From a bacterium (GTDB lineage Bacteria; Patescibacteriota; Minisyncoccia; Phycocordibacterales; VMGT01): a stretch of 64,000 nt of DNA. The notes beneath the pieces are model-generated. The model saw nothing but the letters and a program-made list of their open reading frames with translations. It did no database searches and had not been told where the DNA came from. Shown here one piece after another: positions 35,352 through 45,107 of the stretch; positions within the stretch are counted from its first letter, which is position 1; each line of letters begins with the position of its first letter. The stretch spans positions 15,583 to 79,582 of the forward strand of contig JAUYPI010000015.1 in assembly GCA_030697645.1 (NCBI GenBank), written 5' to 3'. The translations under genes and the position numbers were made by a program.

Positions 35352-36448
35352 GCAGTGATCTTAAACCTAAAGTATTCGTCGCGATGTCTGGGGGCGTGGA
35401 CAGCTCTCTCGCGGCGGCGCTTCTTCAGGAGCGCGGGTTTGACGTGCATGGAGCGTTCATCATGACGTGGCAGATTCCGGGCTTGCCATGCAGCGCGGCC
35501 GAGGACCGTCGCGACGCGATGCGCGTCGCGGCGAAGCTCAACATTCCATTCCATACATTTGATTTCGCCGAGGAGTACAAGCGCGGCGTTGTGGACTACA
35601 TGCTCCGCGAGTATGCGGCAGGGCGGACGCCGAACCCGGACGTGATGTGCAATAAAGAGATTAAGTTCGGTGCGTTTCTGCGGAAGACGCGGGAGATGGG
35701 GGCGGAGTACATGGCGACGGGGCACTATGCGCGCTTAGAAAGAATCAAGAATCATGAATCAAGAATCATGAATCGACTCCTCATGTCCAAAGATACAAAC
35801 AAAGATCAGACGTACTTTCTTTGGATGCTGGGGCAGGAGGCGCTCTCGCGCACACTGTTTCCGATCGGCGATTATCTGAAGAGCGAGGTACGGGAGATGG
35901 CGCGGGAGCGGGGGTTGATCACGGCTGACAAACGAGATAGTCAAGGGCTTTGCTTCCTCGGCAAGATTGACGTGCGGGCATTTCTCGCTCGGCACTTGGG
36001 AGCGAAGGAAGGCAGCGTGCTTGATGCCGCGAGCGGTAAGGCGATCGGGGTTCATGCAGGAGCGGCGCTCTATACGCTCGGACAGCGGCACGGCTTTAGG
36101 GTTGAACACGAAACACCCCGGAGCGAGCCGCTCTATGTCGTGTCGCGCGACATTGCCGCGAATACGATTACGGTCGCGTCGCGAGCGGCCGTACTTCGCG
36201 TTCCCTCTGCGCGTTGCGAAGTTGATCTCGGTATATGCAACTGGATCGGCGAGGCGCCGGAGGCAGGCGGTGTCTACCTCGCCCGTATCAGACACCGCGG
36301 CGAGCTTATGCCGTGTCGAATTGAGCCATTTGAGCGAGATATGAGCCGCACACGAGTGCTTTTTGAAACGCCACTCCTCGCCGCCTCCGGCCAGTCGCTC
36401 GTGCTCTATGAAGGAGAGCGCGTCGTTGGAGGAGGGGTGATTGGATGA
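35348..36448 (+). CDS. mnmA: tRNA-specific 2-thiouridylase MnmA
   Basis: PP-loop VAMSGGVDSS and downstream MnmA blocks. Contains an in-frame insertion of a short tandem repeat (35740..35772) encoding IKNHESRIMNR. Confidence 0.85.
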   Translation: MSSDLKPKVFVAMSGGVDSSLAAALLQERGFDVHGAFIMTWQIPGLPCSAAEDRRDAMRVAAKLNIPFHTFDFAEEYKRGVVDYMLREYAAGRTPNPDVMCNKEIKFGAFLRKTREMGAEYMATGHYARLERIKNHESRIMNRLLMSKDTNKDQTYFLWMLGQEALSRTLFPIGDYLKSEVREMARERGLITADKRDSQGLCFLGKIDVRAFLARHLGAKEGSVLDAASGKAIGVHAGAALYTLGQRHGFRVEHETPRSEPLYVVSRDIAANTITVASRAAVLRVPSARCEVDLGICNWIGEAPEAGGVYLARIRHRGELMPCRIEPFERDMSRTRVLFETPLLAASGQSLVLYEGERVVGGGVIG

Positions 36449-36476
36449 TGTCCTTGCCTGTCTCGTAACAAGAAGT

Positions 36477-36506
36477 ACACCCCGTGCACAGTGGTGCACG
36501 GGGTGT
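36477..36506 (+). terminator. Hairpin after mnmA
   Basis: acaccccgtgcac-agtg-gtgcacggggtgt, a perfect 13-bp stem. It starts a 430-nt non-coding gap before rmuC. Confidence 0.45.
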
Positions 36507-36877
36507 CTATACTGGGGTTCGCGTCGCACGTTACGGACGACGGGTTCCATGACTTTGTTTTTCGTACAGACGTAGTTGTATTATCTCGCCGCTCGTTTCG
36601 GGCGGATAGTCAAAAAAAGCCGATTCGGCGGTATACTGCTGTCGCCGGTCCTTTCGGTAGCACTGGGGGTATCGCCTCCATTGTCGCACGAATTTTGTCA
36701 GTATTGTTGCGCAGTCGACTATCAGTCCCGTCACTATATAGCTTCCTTTCTTAGAATATCTGTGTACTCCGAGCGTTTCTTTTTGTAGTAAAGCAAAAGA
36801 GTAGTCGATAGTCAATGTACTGGGTCTTGCCTCGCGTGTATAGCTGGAGCGCTGCGACTGCGGTAGAATAAAGCGCG

Positions 36878-37987
36878 ATGTCAACGACTCTCCTTCTAGT
36901 TATAGTTGCGATCACGGGGTTTCTCGTCGCGAGCGTTTCTGCATGGTTTTATTTTAGTACCCGTCGGCGTGAGCGCGAGGAGCGCGAGCGAGAGGGGGGG
37001 CAGTCCTTCCTTATGCTACAGAATCAGCTGGGCGAGATTGCGCGTACACTCGATGGGCGCCTCAGTGAGGCGTCGCGGTTTATGCAGGAATCGAACCGCG
37101 AGGTACAGACCGCGGTGCGCGCGCAGTTTAGTGAATCGGCGAAGATCATACGGGAGGTGACCGAGGGGCTCACGAGTCTGCGGGAGACCAATACGCAGGT
37201 CGTTTCGTTTGCGGAGCAGCTGCAGTCCCTGCAGGATGTTCTCCAGAACCCGAAGCGTCGCGGGGTGCTCGGCGAGTATTATCTTGAAACGGTGCTCAAA
37301 AACGTGCTGCCTCCCTCGGTGTACGCGATGCAGCATCGGCTGGGCGCGGACGGCGAGGGAAGCGAGCTCATCGTTGACGCGGCGATTTTCGTGCAGGGGA
37401 AAATCATCCCCATAGACTCTAAATTCTCGCTTGAAAATTACAACCGCCTCGCGAGTGAGCGCGACGAGGCGGAGCGAGTGCGGCTCGAGCGACAGTTCAA
37501 GCAGGACCTCAAGAATCGTATTGACGAGACGAGCAAGTACATCGAACCCTCACTCGGCACCATGGACTTCGCGCTCATGTTCATTCCCTCTGAGGCGATT
37601 TTTTACGATCTCATCATCAACCAGGTTGGCGCGGTAAAGGTCAATACCGAAGAGCTTATCCAGTACGCGGCGCGTAAACACGTCAACATCGTCTCGCCGA
37701 ATTCTTTTTACGCGTTTCTGCAGGTCATCCTCCACGGCCTCCGGCAGGTTGAGATCGAGCAGAATACCGAGCTCATAAGGAAGCGCGTCGGGGAGCTCGG
37801 GCGGCACCTCAAGAGCTACGAGGATTTCTCCCTCCGGCTCGGGAACTCCTTGCGTACCACAGTGAATCACTACAACGCCGCAGGGAAAGAGTTCGGGAAG
37901 ATTGATAAAGACATCCTGCGCATCAGCGGGGCAGAGGCCGGGCTCTCTGCCCTCTCGATTGAGCGGCCGGAGGGGGAGGGAGAGTAG
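36878..37987 (+). CDS. rmuC: DNA recombination protein RmuC
   Basis: N-terminal TM, long coiled coil, and the RmuC C-terminal nuclease-like domain (MFIPSEAIFYDLI...NIVSPNSFYAFLQ). Confidence 0.8.
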   Translation: MSTTLLLVIVAITGFLVASVSAWFYFSTRRREREEREREGGQSFLMLQNQLGEIARTLDGRLSEASRFMQESNREVQTAVRAQFSESAKIIREVTEGLTSLRETNTQVVSFAEQLQSLQDVLQNPKRRGVLGEYYLETVLKNVLPPSVYAMQHRLGADGEGSELIVDAAIFVQGKIIPIDSKFSLENYNRLASERDEAERVRLERQFKQDLKNRIDETSKYIEPSLGTMDFALMFIPSEAIFYDLIINQVGAVKVNTEELIQYAARKHVNIVSPNSFYAFLQVILHGLRQVEIEQNTELIRKRVGELGRHLKSYEDFSLRLGNSLRTTVNHYNAAGKEFGKIDKDILRISGAEAGLSALSIERPEGEGE

Positions 37988-38129
37988 CGCGAGAGCAGAG
38001 CGGCTGCTATTCTACGTTATAGAGTAGGGGTAGAGTAGGGGAAGCCCTGTTTCTTTACACCCAAATGGGATACGAGTGTCCTATTTCATCTGCGGGTTTT
38101 GTGGCATAGAGATCTGAAGGAGGATAGTT

Positions 38130-39569
38130 ATGCGAGGAGAGTATAAGGAAGACAGGCAGTATGTCGTAGTGCATGGGGGTGAGAATGAGGATTTGAGCGA
38201 CGAGGGGTCATCGGAGTTTAACCTCGCAACCAATATCGATGCGCTGAAGGGTGAGGGCACGGCCAATAACATCGCTCGGTACCTCTCTGACGTGCGACGG
38301 TACACACTGCTCACGCGCAAGCAGGAGCAGCAACTGTTCAAGCGTCTTGAGCTGCTTCGGGCGCGAGTGCTTCGCATTCTTCACCTTGCACCGACGACAT
38401 GGGCAGTGATCGAGCGTTTGCGGAAAGAGATTGCCCGGGGAGAAGTCGCGATCAGTGAAATCACCGCACGCGAAGGGGATGAGTCAGCAGAGAGGTTGTG
38501 GGCAGCGTTCTCGACCAGCGCGGATGAACTAGATGAGCTTTTTGTTCGTCTTGATGCATTGCGGCAGGGCGGCGTGCGAGAGCATGTGCAGAGAAAAGCG
38601 CGGCGTGTGCGTCTTGAGCGCCGCGAGGTGCTGCGATCTATTGTTGAGAAGCTCGCACAGGAGCTCTGCCTCACGGAGGTCGTGTACACAATGCTCCGTA
38701 GCGCACTCGAGCGCGGCGTGGAGGAGTGTCCGGAAAATCGGTCGGTGTATGTGTCCTATATGGCTCTGGTCCGCGCCGAAGAGCGTCTGAAGGCAGTTGC
38801 CGACCTCGTGATCGCGTCAAATACGCGCCTCGTGGTCCATGTCGCGAAGCACTACCGCAGGAGCGGCATGCCGTTTCTCGATCTGATCCAGCAAGGAAAC
38901 CTCGGCCTTATGCGCGCCTGCAGAACATTTGAGTACCAGCGCGGGCTCAGGTTTTCCACATACGCGACCTGGTGGGTGCGACAGAGCATCATGAGATCGT
39001 TTGTGGGGCGGCGTATCGTGCGTCTCCCTGAATATATCGAGGATAAGGTGGGTCGTTTTTTTGGTGTTTGTGACGCGTCTATAGCCACACACGGAAGGCA
39101 GCCAAGCGCCTCCGAGCTCGCCGAAGCATTAGGGATACCTGTCGAGAGGGCACACACGTTGCTCGACACATTTGGTGTCAGCGGTTGTGTATATCAGATC
39201 TCGCTCGACAAGCCGATACCGCGAGATAAGGGAGGCAGGGCAAGAAGCCCCCTTGATTTCCTGGCGGATTCGCGAGTCGCATCGGCGGAAGCGCGCGAGA
39301 TCGTCCGTTCGACCGACGCTCTGCTTCGATCATTGCTTGAGTGTCTGGATGCGCGTGAGCAGGATATAGTTCAGCTGCGTTATGGGCTTAGAGAGCATAA
39401 GCCGCATACGCTTCGGCAAGTGGCGGTTGTCCGTAGGCTTTCCCAAGAGCGTATACGGCAGATCGAGGTAGGTGCTCTCCAGAAACTTCAGGACCGCGCC
39501 AGTCGCTGTGGGCCGCTTGCCCGGGAACTCGTTCGAGAACTTTTTCACCTGCGCGCGCAGGAAGAGTGA
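38130..39569 (+). CDS. Second sigma-70 family factor (RpoD-like paralog)
   Basis: Region 2 LIQQGNLGLMRACRTFEYQRGLRFSTYATWWVRQSI and the region 4 HTH. 479 aa, with an N-terminal extension distinct from 29377..30441. Confidence 0.75.
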   Translation: MRGEYKEDRQYVVVHGGENEDLSDEGSSEFNLATNIDALKGEGTANNIARYLSDVRRYTLLTRKQEQQLFKRLELLRARVLRILHLAPTTWAVIERLRKEIARGEVAISEITAREGDESAERLWAAFSTSADELDELFVRLDALRQGGVREHVQRKARRVRLERREVLRSIVEKLAQELCLTEVVYTMLRSALERGVEECPENRSVYVSYMALVRAEERLKAVADLVIASNTRLVVHVAKHYRRSGMPFLDLIQQGNLGLMRACRTFEYQRGLRFSTYATWWVRQSIMRSFVGRRIVRLPEYIEDKVGRFFGVCDASIATHGRQPSASELAEALGIPVERAHTLLDTFGVSGCVYQISLDKPIPRDKGGRARSPLDFLADSRVASAEAREIVRSTDALLRSLLECLDAREQDIVQLRYGLREHKPHTLRQVAVVRRLSQERIRQIEVGALQKLQDRASRCGPLARELVRELFHLRAQEE

Positions 39570-39679
39570 CGAGTGGTCTACCTTTTTTGAGCGCGCAATA
39601 CACCATAACCTCCGTGTCGGTCCGCGAATCGGCACGGGGGTTGAGTTTTTGCCTTTGGCACTGTAGGATGGCTCTATAC

Positions 39680-40018
39680 ATGGAATTTGCGGTGATACAA
39701 ACAGGGGGCAAGCAGTATCCGGTCGCTGTGGGCGAGAGGATCACGATTGAGAAGCTGCCCGGCGAGCTCAAGGAGGGCGACAATGTCACCTTCGACTCCG
39801 TGCTTCTTGTTGAGGACGGTTCCGACACTACGATCGGCACGCCGTTTATCGAAGGGGCGGCGGTGCACGGCACGATCGAGAAAATCGGCCGCGCCAAGAA
39901 GGTTGACGTGGTGAAGTACAAGGCAAAGAGCCGCTACTTTAAGCGCCGCGGCCACCGGCAGCCGTATATGGAGGTGAGGATTACGTCGCTTGATGGGAAA
40001 GTGGAAAGTGGAGGGTAG
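39680..40018 (+). CDS. rplU: 50S ribosomal protein L21
   Basis: MEFAVIQTGGKQYPVAVGERI matches the L21 N-terminus (M.AVI.TGGKQY.V). The ORF track extends it upstream to 39566. Confidence 0.85.
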   Translation: MEFAVIQTGGKQYPVAVGERITIEKLPGELKEGDNVTFDSVLLVEDGSDTTIGTPFIEGAAVHGTIEKIGRAKKVDVVKYKAKSRYFKRRGHRQPYMEVRITSLDGKVESGG

Positions 40019-40031
40019 AAGGTGGAGCGAG

Positions 40032-40073
40032 AAATTTGCAATAACTATGCGACCGCATAATTATTGCAAATTT
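40032..40073. terminator. Second copy of the TTTGCAATAAC-TATGCG-CGCATA-ATTATTGCAAA palindrome plus T tract
   Basis: aaatttgcaataactatgcg-ac-cgcataattattgcaaattt followed by ttatttt, directly after rplU. Paralog of 14861..14902. Confidence 0.5.
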
Positions 40074-40120
40074 TTATTTTCTGTGCAGATCCGCGTTCCG
40101 TCAGCGTACTTCTGCGACTT

Positions 40121-40768
40121 TTATTTCTGCACAGGTTTGCGTTCAGTCAGCGTATTTCTGCGACTCTCGAGCGCTTGTCGCAGCGTCTCAGGGTCCGAGT
40201 ACTCGATCTCGAGCCCGCTCGAGAGACCGCGGCCAAGCGTCGAGAGTTTGACGTGGTTCTGTTCCGTGGCTTCACGGAGCAGCTCCGTGAGGAGGGAGGC
40301 GGTGTGTTCGCCTTCGGTCGTGAGCGAGAGCGCGAGGACGATTTCTTTAAGTTCATCGCGTTCGGCGATTTTTTCCTTGAGCGATGCGAGACGTGGCCAG
40401 CGCAGGGCTGTGCTCTCTGTGAGCGGGAGCGTGCCGCCGAGGACAAAATAGCGCCCTCTGTAGCAGCCGCTCCGCTCCACGACCTCAAGGTCGGCGTCTT
40501 TCTCGACGACCATGAGGACGCTCTTCTCGCGGCGGGGATCGCTGCAGATCGGGCACTCGGCAACATCGGCCTTCACGCGTCGCTCAAAAAATCTGCCGCA
40601 CAGCGCGCACTGTGCCACACTCGTGCTGAGTTCTGCTACGAGTCGAACAAGCTCGCTGCGGTAGCGGTCATCTTCACGCAAGAGAAAATACACGAATCGC
40701 CGCGCCTGCCGCGGCCCGATGCCGGGGAATTTCATGAAGAGATCCGAGAGTTTTGAGAGAGAGTCCAT
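40121..40768 (-). CDS. recR: Recombination protein RecR
   Basis: HhH (KFPGIGPRQARR), C4 zinc finger (C..C...C..C) and a Toprim domain. The likely start is MDSLSKL (40768); the ORF track extends to 40786. Confidence 0.85.
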   Translation of the reverse strand: MDSLSKLSDLFMKFPGIGPRQARRFVYFLLREDDRYRSELVRLVAELSTSVAQCALCGRFFERRVKADVAECPICSDPRREKSVLMVVEKDADLEVVERSGCYRGRYFVLGGTLPLTESTALRWPRLASLKEKIAERDELKEIVLALSLTTEGEHTASLLTELLREATEQNHVKLSTLGRGLSSGLEIEYSDPETLRQALESRRNTLTERKPVQK

Positions 40769-40961
40769 GTAGTGTATGCGCCTCACGTTTTAAAGTAGCA
40801 TACGACGCCCATACTGCGAAGCTCGCGATGCTGCCTAACGAAATGGCGCTGGGTTGAGCCGCTCGTTTTTTGGATGGGTTTCGCATACAATGGACGAAGA
40901 GACAGTATAAAGACCTTGAAAGTGTGAGTATTTACGTCGATGTGTGTGAGCATGTACAAAC

Positions 40962-41816
40962 ATGAAAAACCAAGAAAAGTCATCCCCTCTCGAATCCCTA
41001 ACCATTAACTTCCGACCCGGACACCTCCACCCACTCACGCAGGTGATGGAGCGGATCGCGGCTGTCTTTACTGCACTTGGGTTCGCGATTGCAGACGGGC
41101 CGGAGATCGAAACTGAGTATTACAATTTCGACGCGCTCAATATCCCCGCCGATCATCCGGCGCGTGATATGCAGGACACTTTTTGGCTCGCGGAGCCGAA
41201 AAGTGAATTTCCAATTTCCAAAAACCAATTTCCAAATACGACGAACGTCGAGCGCGCGGATGCCGGGGCAACGTCACAGAAACTTTTGCTCCGCACGCAC
41301 ATAAGCTCACTTCAGGTGCGTTATATGGAGGCACATGGACCGCCGTTTCGGATGATATCGAGTGGGCGGGTGTATCGGCACGAGGCGACAGATGCGACGC
41401 ATGAGGCCCAATACCACTACACGGAGGGGCTTGCCGTGGAGCAAAGCGCCTCGCTGGCGCAGTTGAAGTACGTGCTGGACGCATTTGCAAAAAGCATTTT
41501 CGGCGAGAGTATGAAGAGTCGTTTTCGCCCTGCGTACTTTCCGTTTGTCGAGCCGGGGGTTGAAGTGGACCTCTCGTGCGTCGCGTGTGGCGGCGTTGGT
41601 GGGGCGTGCAGCGTGTGCAAGGGCACCGGCTGGGTGGAGGTGCTTGGCGCTGGCATGGTGCACCCGCAGGTGCTCACGAACGGCGGCATTGACCCCGCGC
41701 TCTGGCGCGGTTATGCATTCGGCGTTGGCGTTGATCGCATCGCCATGCTTCTCTACGGGATTCCGGATATACGATTGTTTTATAACGGCGACCTGCGCGT
41801 GGTGAATCAGTTTTGA
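40962..41816 (+). CDS. pheS: Phenylalanine-tRNA ligase alpha subunit, short form
   Basis: Class II motifs (FRMISSGRVYRHEATDATHEAQYHYTEGL, FPFVEPGVEVD, GAGMVHPQVL). Carries an in-frame insertion at 41199..41250. Confidence 0.85.
   Translation: MKNQEKSSPLESLTINFRPGHLHPLTQVMERIAAVFTALGFAIADGPEIETEYYNFDALNIPADHPARDMQDTFWLAEPKSEFPISKNQFPNTTNVERADAGATSQKLLLRTHISSLQVRYMEAHGPPFRMISSGRVYRHEATDATHEAQYHYTEGLAVEQSASLAQLKYVLDAFAKSIFGESMKSRFRPAYFPFVEPGVEVDLSCVACGGVGGACSVCKGTGWVEVLGAGMVHPQVLTNGGIDPALWRGYAFGVGVDRIAMLLYGIPDIRLFYNGDLRVVNQF
41199..41250. repeat. Half hairpin-array (ATTTCCAA units plus core remnant) inserted in-frame in pheS
   Basis: gtgaatttccaatttccaaaaaccaatttccaaatacgacgaacgtcgag encodes SEFPISKNQFPNTTNVE. 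Confidence 0.7.
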
Positions 41817-41850
41817 TGAGAAAGCCAAGTAGAGAGTAGAAAGTAGAAAC

Positions 41851-43935
41851 ATGAAAATCAGTTACAACTGGCTCCAATCTTTTTTTGATCAAAAGCTTCC
41901 GCAACCGCGGGAGGTCGCGGAGGCGCTCACGATGCATAGCTTTGAAGTCGAGGCGCTCCGCGAGGCGGACAAGGATACCATTTTTGATATTGACATACTG
42001 CCGAATCGCGCGCACGACTGCCTTGCGCACTACGGCGTGGCGCGGGAAGTTTCGACGCTCTTCAATCTGCCGCTCTCGCGCGCGCCGCTCACCGCTGTCC
42101 TTCCCGAGTGGCCAGCTTCCTCCCGTCTCTTTGTGAGCATTGAGGACGCTCACCTCTGTCCGCGCTACAGCGCGCTGGTGATCGAGAACATCGCGGTGGC
42201 CCCGTCGCCCGAGTGGCTCATCGAGCGCCTTCGCGCGATTGGCGAGCGGTCGATTAACAATATCGTGGACGCGATGAATTATGTGATGTTTGACATCGGC
42301 CAGCCGCTCCACGCGTTTGACCTCGAGCAGTTTGCGGTTTCCGAGGGCGCCGTGGCAATCAGCGTGCGCGGTGCTCGTGAGAACGAGAAGATAACGACGC
42401 TCGAAGGCCTCGAGTGCGCTCTTCCCCAAGGGACGCTCCTCGTCACAGACGCAAGCACGAACGCTGCACTTGGCATTGCCGGCATCAAAGGCGGGAGCAG
42501 CACCGCGATTCGGCCGGAGACCGAGCATATCATCATCGAGGCGGCGAATTTTGATCCGGTGCTCATTCGGAAAAGTTCCCGTGCTCTTGGCATCCGTACC
42601 GCGGCATCGGTGCGTTTTGAGCACGGGCTTGCTCTCGACCTTACGCTTCACGCGCTCCGTGAGGCCGCGGCTCTGATTCAGAAGATTGCCGCGACGTCGG
42701 AGACGAGAATCGAGGGATACGTTGACTCTCGAGGGGAAGCGGACGGCGCAGCACAAGAGAGAGGGCGGCCCATTACGATTAGTATTGGCGATGTCGGCGG
42801 CGTGCTTGGGGCCGCGTTTACCGAAGACGATGTTGCGGCAACGCTGAAGCGGCTCGGGTTTTCTTTTTCGGCCGCTGCGGACGGGAATTTTTTCGTAACG
42901 CCGCCATTCGAGCGGTTGGACATCGGAGCCAAAGAGGACCTCGCGGAGGAGATCGGACGCGTGTGGGGTTACGGGCGCCTCACGCCGCAGCCGCCACGGC
43001 CTCCGGAGCAGTCGCCTGAAATGAATAAGCGATTTGCGTATACGAGCGCGATCCGGCACCTCCTCGCGCGGCAGGGGTTTTCCGAGGTGTACATGTATGC
43101 GTTTGCTGGAGCGGGCGCAGTCGAGCTCGCGAACCCTCTTGCGAGCGACAAAAAGTTTCTGCGCGATTCATTGGTGCCTGGTATCATCGGCGCTCTTGAG
43201 CAGAATCTCGCGAACATGGACTTCCTCGGTCTCGAGCGCGTGAGGATATTTGAAATAGGAACGGTGTTTCGCGCTGAAGGTGAGCGGCTTGTGCTTGCAC
43301 TTGCCGCAGGGGAGAGGCAGTCGCGAAGCGGCATACATACTCCGGAGGAGGAGCTTGATCGTACACTCACGAGCCTCCGCGAGCTCTGCGGTGAAGTGTT
43401 TTTGAAAAAGAACGTCGGAGTGCGTGAGGTCGGCAAGAATCGCGCCATCTACGAAGTCGGAATGGAGAAAGTGAATCTCGCGGAAGCTTTTGAGTCGTTC
43501 ACCGTGCTTTCCATGCAACCATGGCGCGAGTCGTCGTCCGAGCACGCGCGCTTTCAGGCGATTTCACCGTATCCGTTTGTGGTGCGCGACATCGCACTGT
43601 GGGTGGAAGTTGGAAGTGGCTTGCCCGCCGAAGCTCGGCTCGCCACGCGAGAGCTCGGCGAGGCGAGGGCGGAGGCGGGAGCTCGGGCGAAGGCGGAGAA
43701 GTTAGAATTTGGGTTCGTGACGGACGAGGTTCGTGGTAGTATAGAAAAAGCTGCAGGCGACTTGCTCGTTGGGATACGCCTCTTTGATACCTTTGAGAAA
43801 GAAGGTCGCACCTCCTACGCCTTCCGGCTTGTCTTCCAGTCTTCCGCGCGCACGCTCACCGACGAGGAGGTGAATTATCAGATGTGGCAGATTACGCAGG
43901 CGCTCGGGGAGCACGATGGCTTTGAGGTTAGGTGA
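41851..43935 (+). CDS. pheT: Phenylalanine-tRNA ligase beta subunit
   Basis: N-terminal MKISYNWLQSFF signature, B3/B4, B5 and C-terminal anticodon-binding-like regions. 694 aa (compact). Confidence 0.85.
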   Translation: MKISYNWLQSFFDQKLPQPREVAEALTMHSFEVEALREADKDTIFDIDILPNRAHDCLAHYGVAREVSTLFNLPLSRAPLTAVLPEWPASSRLFVSIEDAHLCPRYSALVIENIAVAPSPEWLIERLRAIGERSINNIVDAMNYVMFDIGQPLHAFDLEQFAVSEGAVAISVRGARENEKITTLEGLECALPQGTLLVTDASTNAALGIAGIKGGSSTAIRPETEHIIIEAANFDPVLIRKSSRALGIRTAASVRFEHGLALDLTLHALREAAALIQKIAATSETRIEGYVDSRGEADGAAQERGRPITISIGDVGGVLGAAFTEDDVAATLKRLGFSFSAAADGNFFVTPPFERLDIGAKEDLAEEIGRVWGYGRLTPQPPRPPEQSPEMNKRFAYTSAIRHLLARQGFSEVYMYAFAGAGAVELANPLASDKKFLRDSLVPGIIGALEQNLANMDFLGLERVRIFEIGTVFRAEGERLVLALAAGERQSRSGIHTPEEELDRTLTSLRELCGEVFLKKNVGVREVGKNRAIYEVGMEKVNLAEAFESFTVLSMQPWRESSSEHARFQAISPYPFVVRDIALWVEVGSGLPAEARLATRELGEARAEAGARAKAEKLEFGFVTDEVRGSIEKAAGDLLVGIRLFDTFEKEGRTSYAFRLVFQSSARTLTDEEVNYQMWQITQALGEHDGFEVR

Positions 43936-43962
43936 GAGAGGCGTATGGCCTAAATCCGAACT

Positions 43963-44225
43963 GGACATTTGACCATTGACATTTGACCTCGAACCCGCCG
44001 TCGTAGTATCAAAGGTCAAATGTTACATGTCAAATGTCATCGTAATCACTCACACCCGTCATTGCGAGCGGAGCGAAGCAATCCAGTTGTTGAGGCATAA
44101 TTCTGGATTGCCTCGTCGCTCCACTCCGTTCCGCTCCTCGCAATGACGGCTCTGTTACGCAAGATCGTGGTGAGTGTGAGCGGTTACTGTCTGTCAAATG
44201 TCAAAGGTCAATTGTTACCTGTTAC
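43963..44225. repeat. Long nested imperfect palindrome (about 260 nt)
   Basis: Outer arms acatttgaccattgacatttgacc / ggtcaaatgttacatgtcaaatgtc ... tgtcaaatgtcaaaggtcaattg. Inner arms cactcacacccgtcattgcgagcggagcgaagcaatccag / ctggattgcctcgtcgctccactccgttccgctcctcgcaatgacgg...ggtgagtgtgag. Confidence 0.7.
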
Positions 44226-44416
44226 AACAACACGGATTTCGTGCTTCGACATTAGGCTTTAGCTTTTATGTATCTAAAAATTCTTGCCATCCTCTTTTTC
44301 TTGAGCGTCCAAGCGCTGGCGTTGCAGCAGATATGCGTGCATGTTATAAAACCTCGAGGTAGGCGAGACTGAATCGTTTCGTCTTGTAGCGGTTTTTTTC
44401 GAGAAGGGGTTTTGGA

Positions 44417-44749
44417 ATGGTATGGGGAAATGGTGCTGCGCATTGGCGTAAGGTACACGAAGAGCGCGACGCTCTTCGAGCACAAGGGCCTCCTGGTCTC
44501 GTGGGGAGAGACGTGTCTTGTAAGAAGTGTGGTAGTGTGAGCAGGATCGTTCATGACGAGGACGTGATGCATCGTAGTAGACGTTTCGATAGCGAGTTTT
44601 TTGTGACCTGTGCTTGCTGCGAGCAGTCGATTGTCGTGATGAATTCTGAATGGGTTCCTCCGCCCCCGAGGGATAGAAACGGGAACGTGAATTGGGAGTG
44701 CGACGGATCGTATATGCGCTACGAGTTGTCGGACGCGCTTTTGCCGTGA
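44417..44749 (+). CDS. Hypothetical zinc-ribbon protein
   Basis: 110 aa with two C-x-x-C pairs (CKKCGS ... CACCEQS). Lies in a lower-GC patch (44250..45100). Confidence 0.3.
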   Translation: MVWGNGAAHWRKVHEERDALRAQGPPGLVGRDVSCKKCGSVSRIVHDEDVMHRSRRFDSEFFVTCACCEQSIVVMNSEWVPPPPRDRNGNVNWECDGSYMRYELSDALLP

Positions 44750-45107
44750 TCCTTCCTGTTGTGTTGTTTGTGCCATGCGAACAACTGCCCTGCTGCCTTC
44801 GGCTGCAGGGCAATCGTTTTTCGTGAACGTATGAATTCCGTAAACAGGAGCGTATGCGGTTGTACGGAGAGAGTCATTTTGCGAAGATTGACGAAGTTGC
44901 AGCCAAAAATCAAAAATCGCAGCAGGAAGGGATTTCGAAAGAAGTCTATTGTGGAAGAACCAAAAAATGGCGCCAGAGGGCGCCGTTTTTTTTTGTGGTG
45001 AATTATCCACACGAGAGTTCAAAAACGCTTGTATTGATTGGTTTTTTCTGCTAGTATGATTCAGGGGAGGCCGGAGTGCTTTTGAATAAGCCAAGCCGGT
45101 ATTTTTT

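Noticed and set aside
43963-44225. Interpreting the long palindrome as an integron attC or tRNA-like integration site
   Set aside because: No integrase, tRNA gene or direct repeats are nearby. It was kept only as an unexplained structured repeat.
44252-45094. 280-aa minus-strand ORF in the lower-GC patch after pheT
   Set aside because: The product is rich in R, S, T, H and P with no hydrophobic core or motifs. It is antisense to the more plausible small zinc-ribbon ORF and looks like a chance ORF.
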